Translations under genes and position numbers: made by a program
The notes under the pieces: generated by a model
What the model was told of the DNA's origin: nothing
The model's input: only the letters and a program-made list of their open reading frames with translations
Database searches by the model: none
In this document: one piece after another, positions 19,885 to 29,254 of the stretch
Position numbering within the stretch: position 1 is the stretch's first letter
Layout of the letters: each line of letters starts with the position of its first letter
DNA from: Chloroflexota bacterium
GTDB lineage: Bacteria > Bacteroidota > Ignavibacteria > Kapaibacteriales > UBA961
NCBI GenBank assembly: GCA_041917875.1
Contig: JAYRWZ010000170.1
Coordinates: 1 to 40,217, forward strand
Reading direction: 5' to 3'
DNA: 40,217 nt

Positions 19885-20085
19885 TTAGCCGTTTGCCCGT
19901 TCATGAAGAACAGTTTTAATACGAGCAATATCTTTGCGTAATGTATTAAGTTGAGAAGTATTTTGCAATTGTCCGAGTACACGTTGAAAACGAAGTTTTG
20001 TTAGTGTATCCTCATTTTCGCGGATTGCTATCATTAGCTCTTCATTGCTTAAGTCGCGTAAATCTTTCGCTGTTCTTCCTTTCAT
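19885..20085 (-). CDS. rpmC: 50S ribosomal protein L29
   Basis: 66 aa: [26 protein letters not shown]. Its start overlaps the rplP stop (ATGA). Confidence 0.9.
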   Translation of the reverse strand: MKGRTAKDLRDLSNEELMIAIRENEDTLTKLRFQRVLGQLQNTSQLNTLRKDIARIKTVLHERANG

Positions 20086-20504
20086 TCCATCACCGCATCA
20101 TGACGTGTAACAAACTTTGTTTTGATTGGCAGTTTATGTGATGCTAATCTTACCGCTTCCTCAGCTGCCTCTTTAGAAACACCGTCAATTTCAAAGAGTA
20201 TGCGCCCTGGTTTTACAACGGCAACCCAGAATTCCGGGTTACCTTTACCACTACCCATACGAGTTTCGGCTGGTTTCTTTGTGACTGGTTTATCCGGGAA
20301 TATCCGAATCCACACTTTTCCATCACGTTTTAAGTAACGATTAATAGCAATACGAGCTGCCTCAATTTGACGATTCGTAATCCAAGCTGGCTCCAGAGCT
20401 TTCAAACCAAAGGTTCCAAAATCCACAGAAGCCCCACGAAACGATTTACCGGCTCGCCTACCGCGCTGTGTTTTACGATGTTTTACTCTTTTTGGTATTA
20501 GCAT
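20082..20504 (-). CDS. rplP: 50S ribosomal protein L16
   Basis: [16 protein letters not shown].... The TGA stop is embedded in an ATGA overlap with rpmC. Confidence 0.95.
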   Translation of the reverse strand: MLIPKRVKHRKTQRGRRAGKSFRGASVDFGTFGLKALEPAWITNRQIEAARIAINRYLKRDGKVWIRIFPDKPVTKKPAETRMGSGKGNPEFWVAVVKPGRILFEIDGVSKEAAEEAVRLASHKLPIKTKFVTRHDAVME

Positions 20505-20559
20505 GACGTATTCTTCTAATTATTCTCTTTGATTGTGTTATGATACACTAATGTTTCCC

Positions 20560-21204
20560 TTAATCGCCTGATTGTTGTTTTCCGATAATTTCACCGCGAC
20601 AGACCCATACCTTGACGCCGATTTGACCATATATTGTAGATCCTGTAGAGACCCCATAATCAATATCTGCACGAAGCGTATGCAAAGGTACTCTGCCCTC
20701 TTTATACTGCTCGGTTCTGCTCATATCCGCACCACCTAAGCGACCCGAACACATAACGCGAACACCATCTGCACCTGTCCTCATGGCTGCACTAACCGCC
20801 TGCTTCATTGCTTTTCGGAAAGAAACCCTGCCTTCAAGCTGAGATGCAATATTATCAGCTACCAATTGAGCATCCAGTTCAGGACGCTTAATTTCACTAA
20901 TAAGAATTTTCGCATCTTTCTTTGTAAGTCTTTTTAATTCCTCTTCCAACAAAGTAATATCCTTACCGGATCGTCCGATAATTACCCCGGGACGAGATGT
21001 GTGTATGGTAATACGCATTTGTTTTGCAGTGCGCTCAATAACTAAACGAGCAACACCGGCTTTTTTCAAACGGCTTTTTATATATTGGCGCACCATTAAA
21101 TCTTCTGAGAGTTTTTCAGAAAGATTTCTTTCGTCAAACCAATTAGCATCCCACTGTTTAATGATGCCTAAGCGCAACCCTATCGGATTAGTTTTCTGAC
21201 CCAA
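20560..21204 (-). CDS. rpsC: 30S ribosomal protein S3
   Basis: MGQKTNPIGLRLGIIKQWDANWF. Confidence 0.95.
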   Translation of the reverse strand: MGQKTNPIGLRLGIIKQWDANWFDERNLSEKLSEDLMVRQYIKSRLKKAGVARLVIERTAKQMRITIHTSRPGVIIGRSGKDITLLEEELKRLTKKDAKILISEIKRPELDAQLVADNIASQLEGRVSFRKAMKQAVSAAMRTGADGVRVMCSGRLGGADMSRTEQYKEGRVPLHTLRADIDYGVSTGSTIYGQIGVKVWVCRGEIIGKQQSGD

Positions 21205-21227
21205 CGTTATACTCCTTGTCGCTACTT

Positions 21228-21572
21228 TTAATTAGCAAGTTCTGAAACGACGATTGTTAAATGATGGGAGCGTTTACGAATTCTGTACGCACGTCCCTGC
21301 GGTGCAGGAGATATACGTTTCATCATAGGACCCGCATCCACATATGCTTGCTTTACGACCAAATTAAAAAGGTCATAAGATTCAAGTGATTTATTTTCTA
21401 AGTTAGCTACCGCTGAACGAAGTACCATTTCTGCATCTTTTGCAGCTCCTTTCGAATGAAATCGAAGGATATTCAATGCTTCACCAACTGATTTTCCGCG
21501 CACCAAATCAACCAGTAGGCGCATTTTTCTCGGTGATGAGCGTAAAAACCGACGTATTGCACGAGCTTCCAT
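21228..21572 (-). CDS. rplV: 50S ribosomal protein L22
   Basis: MEARAIRRFLRSSPRKMRLLVDLVRGKSV. I prefer the ATG at 21572 to the track's GTG at 21590. Confidence 0.9.
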   Translation of the reverse strand: MEARAIRRFLRSSPRKMRLLVDLVRGKSVGEALNILRFHSKGAAKDAEMVLRSAVANLENKSLESYDLFNLVVKQAYVDAGPMMKRISPAPQGRAYRIRKRSHHLTIVVSELAN

Positions 21573-21592
21573 AGTGTTTGATTCTCTCACGA

Positions 21593-21880
21593 TTATTTCT
21601 TACCTGTTTTCAAATCTTTACGGTTACCTGCATGTCCTCTGTATGTACGTGTTGGCGAAAACTCACCGAGTTTATGGCCCACCATATTTTCAGAAACATA
21701 CACAGGTATGAATTTATTACCATTATGTACAGCAAAAGTGTGCCCTACAAAGTCAGGAGATATCATTGATGCCCTAGACCATGTTTTAACGACCTTTTTT
21801 TGACCTGCTTTATTTAATTCATCGATCTTCTTCACTAACTTGATACTGATGAATGGTCCTTTTTTAAGAGAACGAGCCAT
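21593..21880 (-). CDS. rpsS: 30S ribosomal protein S19
   Basis: [11 protein letters not shown]...[16 protein letters not shown]. Confidence 0.95.
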   Translation of the reverse strand: MARSLKKGPFISIKLVKKIDELNKAGQKKVVKTWSRASMISPDFVGHTFAVHNGNKFIPVYVSENMVGHKLGEFSPTRTYRGHAGNRKDLKTGKK

Positions 21881-21891
21881 TGTTTCCTCTA

Positions 21892-22728
21892 TTATTTAGT
21901 CCGTTTTCTGATAATCAAAGCATCGGATTTTTTGCCCTTTTTACGAGTTTTCAATCCTTTTGCTAATTGTCCCCATGGCGAACGTGGGTGTTTTCTACCG
22001 CCACCTGATTTCGACTTACCTTCGCCACCGCCCATTGGGTGATCGATTGGGTTCATCGCCATACCACGAGTCTGTGGACGAATACCCTTCCAGCGTGAAC
22101 GTCCTGCCTTACCCCACAGAATATTTTCATTATCTGAGTTTCCGACTGATCCTAAGGTTGCAACACACTCAGCAGGAATATTTCTGATTTCCCCTGACGG
22201 CAATTTAACTTGCGCATACTTTGCATCACAGCCTACTAATTGAGCCGATGCACCCGCACTACGCGCAATCTGTCCACCTTTACCGGGCTTCAACTCAATA
22301 TTATGTATCATCATACCGACCGGAATTTTACTTAAAGGCAGAGTGTTGCCATCCTGAAAGTCTGCCTTAGGTCCTGAAACGATTTCTTGACCCACTTTGA
22401 GCTTGTCCGGTGCGATAATATAGCGTTTTTCACCATCTTCATACTCTACCAAGGCAATACGGCATGTACGATTCGGATCGTACTCAATAGTTTTTACGAT
22501 AGCTTTAACGCCTATTTTATTGCGCTTAAAATCAATAATTCGGTACTTACGCTTGTGCCCACCTCCACGATGTCTCGAGGTAATGCGACCGGTATTATTG
22601 CGTCCACCACTTTTTTTAATAGGTTCAAGCAATGATTTCTCCGGAGTGTCTGTCGTCACTTCAGTGAAACTGCTCACAGAGTAAAATCTTGTACCCGGTG
22701 TAATCGGTTTTAGTATTCTTAATGCCAT
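21892..22728 (-). CDS. rplB: 50S ribosomal protein L2
   Basis: ...[18 protein letters not shown]...[15 protein letters not shown]. Confidence 0.95.
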   Translation of the reverse strand: MALRILKPITPGTRFYSVSSFTEVTTDTPEKSLLEPIKKSGGRNNTGRITSRHRGGGHKRKYRIIDFKRNKIGVKAIVKTIEYDPNRTCRIALVEYEDGEKRYIIAPDKLKVGQEIVSGPKADFQDGNTLPLSKIPVGMMIHNIELKPGKGGQIARSAGASAQLVGCDAKYAQVKLPSGEIRNIPAECVATLGSVGNSDNENILWGKAGRSRWKGIRPQTRGMAMNPIDHPMGGGEGKSKSGGGRKHPRSPWGQLAKGLKTRKKGKKSDALIIRKRTK

Positions 22729-22778
22729 TGTTTTATTTCCCTATTTCGCCTTACCATTGCTCAATGGTAAACTTGTTC

Positions 22779-23087
22779 TTATTCTTCAACGTTTCCTTCT
22801 CCGCCAACGATATCTATCGTATAACCGGATTTCAGTGTAATTATTGCTTTCTTACGAAGCGGTGTATGTCCCCTCATTAGGCCTCGCTTTGTCATGCGTG
22901 TCTTATTTTTCCCACGTATGACTACGGTTCTTACATTATCCACTTCCACTCCGAACAACGCTTTTATCGCATGTTTGATTTGAATTTTATTCGCATCAGG
23001 AGTCACTTCAAAGGTATATTTTCTAGATTCTTGTACTTTATTGGCTTTTTCTGTAAGAATCGGACGTTTGATTACTGTAGTTGTCAT
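22779..23087 (-). CDS. rplW: 50S ribosomal protein L23
   Basis: 102 aa: ...YTFEVTPDANKIQIKHAIKALFGVEV. It lies between rplD and rplB. Confidence 0.9.
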   Translation of the reverse strand: MTTTVIKRPILTEKANKVQESRKYTFEVTPDANKIQIKHAIKALFGVEVDNVRTVVIRGKNKTRMTKRGLMRGHTPLRKKAIITLKSGYTIDIVGGEGNVEE

Positions 23088-23107
23088 AATTTATTGCTTC
23101 TCCTTTA

Positions 23108-23728
23108 TCAAAACGTTTCGATAACTTTTTGAACCGAACTTTTGCACAATACTATTTTTTTGTGATTCAATATGTCATACGCAGAGGCATTCGTTGCTTG
23201 CATAGTCTGTAGCTTTGCAATGTTACGTGCAGAGAGTATGACGTTTTCATCCATTACCGGCAATAGAAGCAATGTTTTATCATTTTCTATACGGAGATTT
23301 TTGACAGCTTCAAACATTCTCTTCGTTTTGATCGTTTCGAAAGTAAAGTCATCCACAACCAGAAGGTTGTTTTCTCTAACCCGAAGTGAGAGAGCCGATT
23401 TGCGCGCAAGCCGCTTTACCTTCTTCGGCAATCCCAAAGTGTACTTATGTGGTTTTGGTCCATGAATAGTACCACCGCCAACCCATATTGGAGAGCGTGA
23501 TGAACCGGAACGCGCTGTTCCGCGACCTTTTTGCTTCCATGGTTTTTTTCCACCGCCGGACACTTCTGTACGAGTCTTTGTTTTATGTGTACCTTGTCTT
23601 TGATTTGCAAGATACACTTTCACAGCCAAGTGCATCGCATGTTCATGCGGCTCGACATTAAATATTTCATCCGGAAGTTCCATTGTTCCGGACTTCTGTC
23701 CATCTATTGTATATACGTCTATCTGCAT
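23108..23728 (-). CDS. rplD: 50S ribosomal protein L4
   Basis: ...VSGGGKKPWKQKGRGTARSGSSRSPIWVGGG. It ends with TGA immediately followed by an in-frame TAA. Confidence 0.93.
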   Translation of the reverse strand: MQIDVYTIDGQKSGTMELPDEIFNVEPHEHAMHLAVKVYLANQRQGTHKTKTRTEVSGGGKKPWKQKGRGTARSGSSRSPIWVGGGTIHGPKPHKYTLGLPKKVKRLARKSALSLRVRENNLLVVDDFTFETIKTKRMFEAVKNLRIENDKTLLLLPVMDENVILSARNIAKLQTMQATNASAYDILNHKKIVLCKSSVQKVIETF

Positions 23729-23737
23729 GGCTCGCTA

Positions 23738-24358
23738 TCACATTTTAATTAATTCGACAACGCTGTTTATTGCACCCGGAATACTGCCACTGACAAGTAT
23801 TAGGTTTGAGTCTGGCATAACGTCAACAATCTTTAGATTGCGTACAGTTGTTTTTTTGCCACCCATTCTTCCTGCCATACGCTGACCTTTAAATACACGC
23901 GATGGATAAGAAGATGCACCAATTGAACCGGGAGCACGCTGACGATCGGCTTGTCCGTGTGTCTGCATACCAACACCACTGAAGTGGTGACGACGAACAA
24001 CACCTTGGAAGCCTTTCCCTTTACTCGTACCCACTGCTTTAACAGTATCACCTTTAGTAAAAGCACTTACGGTTATTGCTTCACCTACTGCATATACTCC
24101 TCGTATATTGCGAAACTCTTTGAGCATTCGCGCAGGGGCAACACCGGCTTTACTAAATTGACCAGCTACCGGTTTTGATATTTTATCGGTTCGTGAATCA
24201 CCATACCCTATTTGTAGGGCATCGTAACCATCCGAATCTTTTGTTTTCACTTTAACAATTGGGCAAGGACCAGCCTCGACTACGGTGCATGGAACTAGGT
24301 CGCCCTTTTCATTAAAGACGCTCGTCATTCCCAGCTTTTTTCCCAATATTACACTCAT
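23738..24358 (-). CDS. rplC: 50S ribosomal protein L3
   Basis: The core starts MSVILGKKLGMTSVF. I trimmed the track ORF (start 24406) to the ATG at 24358, 28 nt after the rpsJ stop. It ends with TGA followed by an in-frame TAG. Confidence 0.92.
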   Translation of the reverse strand: MSVILGKKLGMTSVFNEKGDLVPCTVVEAGPCPIVKVKTKDSDGYDALQIGYGDSRTDKISKPVAGQFSKAGVAPARMLKEFRNIRGVYAVGEAITVSAFTKGDTVKAVGTSKGKGFQGVVRRHHFSGVGMQTHGQADRQRAPGSIGASSYPSRVFKGQRMAGRMGGKKTTVRNLKIVDVMPDSNLILVSGSIPGAINSVVELIKM

Positions 24359-24386
24359 GATTCTTTTCCTCGACGCTTCCAATGAT

Positions 24387-24695
24387 TTAGACTTTAACTT
24401 CCACATCTACTCCCGCAGGCAATTCCAATCGCATCAATGCATCAATAGTCTTTTGCGTTGAACTAAAGATATCAACGAGACGTTTATGAAGACGTGATTC
24501 AAATTGCTCACGTGATTTTTTATCAACATGCGGTGAGCGGAGTACCGTGTATATCTGCTTCCGTGTAGGAAGTGGAATTGGACCTGATACAACTGCTCCC
24601 GTTTGTTTTACCGTGCGAACGATACGTTCGGCGGATTTGTCTATGAGATTGTGGTCGTACGACTTCAGTTTAATTCGTATTCGCTGTGCAGCCAC
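24387..24695 (-). CDS. rpsJ: 30S ribosomal protein S10
   Basis: [18 protein letters not shown].... GTG start preceded by AGAGGA. Confidence 0.95.
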   Translation of the reverse strand: MAAQRIRIKLKSYDHNLIDKSAERIVRTVKQTGAVVSGPIPLPTRKQIYTVLRSPHVDKKSREQFESRLHKRLVDIFSSTQKTIDALMRLELPAGVDVEVKV

Positions 24696-24750
24696 GTCGT
24701 TTCCTCTTTATGGAGATAAATGACAAAGGAGAATTCGGAGAGAGAAGAGT

Positions 24751-24776
24751 GTGGGAAGATAACAATACCTCCCCAC
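24751..24776 (-). promoter_or_regulatory. Stem-loop in the tuf-rpsJ spacer (possible S10-operon leader or attenuator)
   Basis: Minus-strand GUGGGGAG-GUAUUGUUAU-CUUCCCAC: an 8-bp stem with one G-U pair, followed by a pyrimidine-rich stretch rather than a clean U-tract. It lies in a 107-nt spacer. Confidence 0.35.
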
Positions 24777-24802
24777 TTTCTCATTCCGTGTTAATTTATT
24801 TT

Positions 24803-26011
24803 TTATTCGATAATTTTAGTTACAACGCCTGCGCCTACTGTACGGCCACCTTCACGGATTGCGAAGCGAAGCCCCTCTTCCATAGCGACTGTTGTAATCA
24901 ATTCAACTACTAAGTTGTCTACATTATCACCCGGCATAACCATTTCTACGCCACTTGGTAATTCTGCAATACCGGTTACATCAGTTGTTCTGAAATAGAA
25001 CTGCGGACGATAACCATTAAAGAATGGAGTATGACGACCACCCTCTTCACGGGTAAGTACATACACTTGTGCATTAAATTTATGGTGAGGGTTGATAGAT
25101 CCTGTTTTGGCAAGAACCATTCCGCGCTCTAACTCTTCTTTATCAACACCGCGCAACAACAATCCAACATTGTCTCCGGCACGACCTTCATCAAGAAGTT
25201 TACGGAACATTTCAATCCCCGTAACGGTTGTCTTCTTACGAACACCGAACCCTACAATTTCAACTTCTTCATTAAGTTTAACGATTCCGCGCTCAATTCT
25301 ACCGGTTCCTACTGTACCACGGCCAGTAATTGAGAATACGTCTTCGATAGGCATAAGGAAGGGTTTATCAACATCGCGTACCGGTGTTGGAATGTAACTA
25401 TCTACTGCATCCATAAGCTCGAAAATACAGCCCGAACGCTCATCATCTTTCGCCGCTGCCGGATCAGATCCAGCATCAAGTGCTTTGAGAGCTGAACCTT
25501 TGATGATTGGAATATCATCGCCCGGGAACTCATATTTTGACAACAATTCGCGTACTTCGAGCTCTACGAGTTCAAGTAACTCCGGGTCAGCGATATCAAC
25601 TTTGTTTAAGAACACTACAATACGAGGAACACCTACTTGACGTGCAAGAAGAATGTGTTCACGTGTTTGTGGCATTGGACCATCAGTACCCGCAACTACT
25701 AAAATTGCACCGTCCATTTGAGCAGCACCGGTAATCATGTTTTTCACATAATCTGCGTGGCCCGGACAATCTACGTGCGCATAGTGACGATTTGCTGTCT
25801 CGTACTCTACGTGAGCAGTTGCAATGGTAATCCCACGTGCACGCTCTTCAGGTGCATTATCAATTGAGTCGAATGAGCGAGCTTGAGAAAGCCCCGCTTT
25901 AGCCAACACCATTGTGATAGCCGCTGTTAATGTTGTTTTGCCGTGATCAACGTGACCGATTGTACCGATATTCACGTGCGGCTTATTTCTTTCAAATTTC
26001 TCTTTTGCCAT
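24803..26011 (-). CDS. tuf: Elongation factor Tu
   Basis: [40 protein letters not shown]. 402 aa. Confidence 0.97.
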   Translation of the reverse strand: MAKEKFERNKPHVNIGTIGHVDHGKTTLTAAITMVLAKAGLSQARSFDSIDNAPEERARGITIATAHVEYETANRHYAHVDCPGHADYVKNMITGAAQMDGAILVVAGTDGPMPQTREHILLARQVGVPRIVVFLNKVDIADPELLELVELEVRELLSKYEFPGDDIPIIKGSALKALDAGSDPAAAKDDERSGCIFELMDAVDSYIPTPVRDVDKPFLMPIEDVFSITGRGTVGTGRIERGIVKLNEEVEIVGFGVRKKTTVTGIEMFRKLLDEGRAGDNVGLLLRGVDKEELERGMVLAKTGSINPHHKFNAQVYVLTREEGGRHTPFFNGYRPQFYFRTTDVTGIAELPSGVEMVMPGDNVDNLVVELITTVAMEEGLRFAIREGGRTVGAGVVTKIIE

Positions 26012-26092
26012 ATCCTCACCTTTTGAGAGTAATGGTTGAACGAATAGTGGATTTATAAAAATTTATGTAAACTAACTCTTTGTCAAACCAAA

Positions 26093-28138
26093 TTATATTT
26101 TTATGTCATAACCATAAAACTTCATTGAATAACTGCCTCTTCCTTGCGTTATGGATCGTAATGTTGTTACATATCCAAACATTTGCGCAAGTGGAACAAT
26201 CGCCTCTACCGCTTGTGTACTTTGTTGTTGCTGTATCCCTTCAATTCTTCCTCGCCTTGAACTTAAGTCAGCAATCACATCGCCAATATAATCTTCGGGT
26301 GAAACAACTTCTACACTGAAAACCGGCTCTAACATTATTGGATGTGCCTTACGACAAGCATCTCGGGTTGCTATTGATGCTGCAATTTTATACGCAATAT
26401 CATTAGCTGAATCTTCAATGTAGTCACCACCTATAACACTAATATGAATGTCTGTCATTGGATAACCCGACAGAGGCCCTACATTCAAGGATTCGAGACA
26501 ACTTTGGAGTATAATCTCAAAGTATTGTTTAGGAATCTGTGTTAGCTCGGAGTGTATCTCGGCTGTGTTTCCTTTGCCACGTTCATTAGGTGTTACGCGT
26601 AGAACAACTTTTGCATATTGTCCTTTTCCATTTGCTCCTGTACGCTCAAAAACACCTTCTTGAACTACCTCGCCGCCTAATGACTCTCTGTATGCAACCT
26701 GAGGCCTTCCGACTTTGGTCTGTACATTAAATTCTCTTTTAATTCTGTCAACAATTATTTCGAGATGTAACTCGCCTACACCACTTATAATTGTTTGTCC
26801 ACTTTCGGCATCGTTAAAAAAGCGGAAAGTAGGGTCTTCTTCAGAAAGCTTTGTGAGAGCTTCGACTAATTTATCTTGATCACTTGACGTTTTTACTTCT
26901 ATTGATTGGTTGATTACCGGTTCGGCAAAGTCAATTTTTTCATAGAGTATAGGATGCTCAACTGCACATAATGTATCACCTGTTCTTGCAAATTTCATTG
27001 CAGGTATTGCTATTATATCACCAGCACACACTTGAGTTACTTCTTCTCTTTTGTTTGCGGCTACTCTTAACAGCTTACCAATACGTTCATTCTTGCCGAC
27101 TGTGCTATTATGCACCCTCTCTCCAACACTTACTTTGCCGGAATAGACGCGCACGAAGGATAATTGACCAACAAAAGGGTCTGTTATCACCTTAAACACC
27201 AAGCCTGAAAATGGTTCATTTTCATTTGCTTGCCTGTGTTCAACTTCATGGCTTGCTTGGGATGTGAATCCTTGCGTCTCGCCTCTATCCAAGGGCGATG
27301 GGAGATAATGCACCACAGCATCAAGAAGTGGTTGCACGCCTTTGTTTTTAAACGAGGAGCCGCACAGGACCGGAATGAATGAGTTATGTATTGTCGCCGC
27401 TCGTATAGTTTCATGTATTAGTTTAGTGCTTACTTCCTCACCATTAAGATACTTTAGCATAATTTCATCGTTAAAATCTGCAAGTGCTTCTAATAGTGCT
27501 GAATATCGTGATTCTACTTCACTAATATATTCCTCGGGAATATTTGAAGCTATCACGTTGACACCTGATGTTTCATCCTCAAAATAATATGCCTTTTTTT
27601 CAATAACATCAATTATTCCTGCGAATGAGTCAGAAGAACCAATCGGTATTTGAATTGGAACAGCTTTGGCTTTTAATTTATCAACAATTGATTGAATTGT
27701 TTTTTCAAAATCAGCACCTATTCTATCCATTTTATTCACATAAGCAATGCGTGGCACTTTGTACATATCAGCTTGACGCCAAACTGTTTCTGACTGAGGC
27801 TGAACACCTGCAACACCACAAAACACTGCAACAGCACCATCAAGTACTCGAAGTGATCGCTGAACTTCAGCAGTAAAATCGACATGTCCGGGTGTATCAA
27901 TAAGATTTATTTGGTGATTATTCCAAAAAAAAGTAATTGCCGCCGAAACTATCGTAATACCACGTTCACGTTCTTGTTGCATGTAGTCGGTAACTGTATT
28001 ACCTTCATCAACATTGCCCATTTTGTGAACAAAACCCGAATAATAAAGCATTCGCTCTGTTGTTGTAGTTTTACCCGCATCAATATGCGCCATAATACCA
28101 ACATTACGAATATCTCTTATTACTACCGAGCGTGACAT
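26093..28138 (-). CDS. Elongation factor G paralogue in the canonical fusA slot; EF-G2 / mitochondrial EF-G2-like
   Basis: 681 aa. G motifs: [13 protein letters not shown], NKMD. The N-terminal block [47 protein letters not shown] closely resembles the GFM2-type block as I remember it ([19 protein letters not shown]...[23 protein letters not shown]). Confidence 0.85.
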   Translation of the reverse strand: [681 protein letters not shown]

Positions 28139-28186
28139 AATTCGGTCTTTAGAGTTAATTTTTCAAAGTACGTCAAAAAAACTATC

Positions 28187-28654
28187 TTACCATTTGAAAT
28201 GGGAGAAAGCACGATTTGCCTCTGCCATTCTATGTACATCATCACGTTTCTTCACAGCTCCGCCTTCGCCGTTTACTGCTGCCAACAACTCATTAGCCAA
28301 ACGGCTTGCCATTGTTTTATCGCGACGTTCTGAAGCATACTGATTTAACCATCGTATAGCCAATGCAACACGTCTATCTTCACGAACCTCTACGGGCACT
28401 TGATAAGTAGCACCACCCACACGTCTTGAACGAACTTCAAGAGCAGGGGCAACGTTTCCTATCGCCTTGCGAAGAATTTCAACTTGATCCAATTTTGTTT
28501 TTTCAGCAACTGTATCAAGAGCCGAATAAACGATAACCTGAGCTGTTGCTTTTCTGCCGTGTGTCATCAACTTATTGATAAAACGTGCAATCAGAACATC
28601 TCCGAAACGAGGATCAGGAATTACCGGTCTTTTTTCTGCTTTTTTCTTACGCAT
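28187..28654 (-). CDS. rpsG: 30S ribosomal protein S7
   Basis: 155 aa: ...RVGGATYQVPVEVR...EANRAFSHFKW. Confidence 0.95.
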   Translation of the reverse strand: MRKKKAEKRPVIPDPRFGDVLIARFINKLMTHGRKATAQVIVYSALDTVAEKTKLDQVEILRKAIGNVAPALEVRSRRVGGATYQVPVEVREDRRVALAIRWLNQYASERRDKTMASRLANELLAAVNGEGGAVKKRDDVHRMAEANRAFSHFKW

Positions 28655-28690
28655 TGTTGTTCTTTACTTACTTTTATATAGCGTCAATAA

Positions 28691-29104
28691 TTATTTTTTC
28701 TTTCCACCCGGAGCTGGACCGCCTTTAGCATCAGCTTTTGGACGTTTAGCACCGTATTTTGAACGACCTTGCTTACGATCTTTTACCCCTTGTGTATCCG
28801 CAGCACCGCGAACGATGTGGTAACGAACACCCGGAAGATCTTTAACACGACCACCGCGAATCATAACGATTGAGTGCTCTTGCAAGTTGTGACCTTCACC
28901 CGGAATATAAGCCGTAACTTCAATACCATTTGTCAAACGAACACGCGCCACTTTTCTTAAAGCTGAATTTGGCTTCTTCGGTGTTGTTGTATATACACGA
29001 GTACAAACACCGCGTCTTTGAGGACAAGCCATCAATGCCGGCGATTTACTTTTGTATTTAACTGCTTGACGTCCTTTGCGGACTAATTGTGCTATTGTTG
29101 GCAC
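28691..29104 (-). CDS. rpsL: 30S ribosomal protein S12
   Basis: (GTG start) [12 protein letters not shown]...[18 protein letters not shown]... Confidence 0.95.
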   Translation of the reverse strand: MPTIAQLVRKGRQAVKYKSKSPALMACPQRRGVCTRVYTTTPKKPNSALRKVARVRLTNGIEVTAYIPGEGHNLQEHSIVMIRGGRVKDLPGVRYHIVRGAADTQGVKDRKQGRSKYGAKRPKADAKGGPAPGGKKK

Positions 29105-29128
29105 GTTGTTCTCCTGATTTATATTTCA

Positions 29129-29149
29129 TTAACACTTTCGTTGTGTTAA
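29129..29149 (-). promoter_or_regulatory. 5'-proximal leader hairpin of the str operon
   Basis: Perfect 7-bp inverted repeat ttaacac / gtgttaa with a 7-nt loop. It lies between the predicted -7 box and the rpsL GTG, i.e. at or near the predicted 5' end of the transcript. Confidence 0.35.
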
Positions 29150-29156
29150 GAGCCTG

Positions 29157-29188
29157 CAAAATTAAGAAACTATTTTATACTGTGCAAA
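29157..29188 (-). promoter_or_regulatory. Bacteroidetes-type promoter for rpsL-rpsG-EF-G-tuf...
   Basis: The minus strand reads TTTG-N20-TAATTTTG. The -33 element is at 29185-29188 and the -7 box at 29157-29164, matching the TTG / TAnnTTTG consensus. It lies directly downstream of the 29193-29240 terminator. Confidence 0.55.
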
Positions 29189-29192
29189 TTTT

Positions 29193-29240
29193 CTTAAAAA
29201 ATAATTGGGAAAAGATAAAAAAAACTTTATCTTTTCCCAA
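29193..29240 (-). terminator. Rho-independent terminator after the upstream EF-G gene
   Basis: Perfect 15-bp stem ttgggaaaagataaa / tttatcttttcccaa (29205-29240) with a 6-nt loop. On the minus strand it is followed by TTATTTTTT. It starts 15 nt after the stop at 29255. Confidence 0.8.
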
Positions 29241-29254
29241 TATACTTATCAATA

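Noticed and set aside
24359-24406. N-terminally extended starts offered by the ORF track for rplC (24406), the upstream EF-G (31447), PAP2 (8711), rplV (21590) and the vWA protein (5115).
   Set aside because: The conserved protein N-termini begin at internal ATGs: [22 protein letters not shown], the lipoprotein signal MKIRYTL, MEARAIRRF and MKKNFYN. The longer versions overlap upstream genes or skip the SD sequences.
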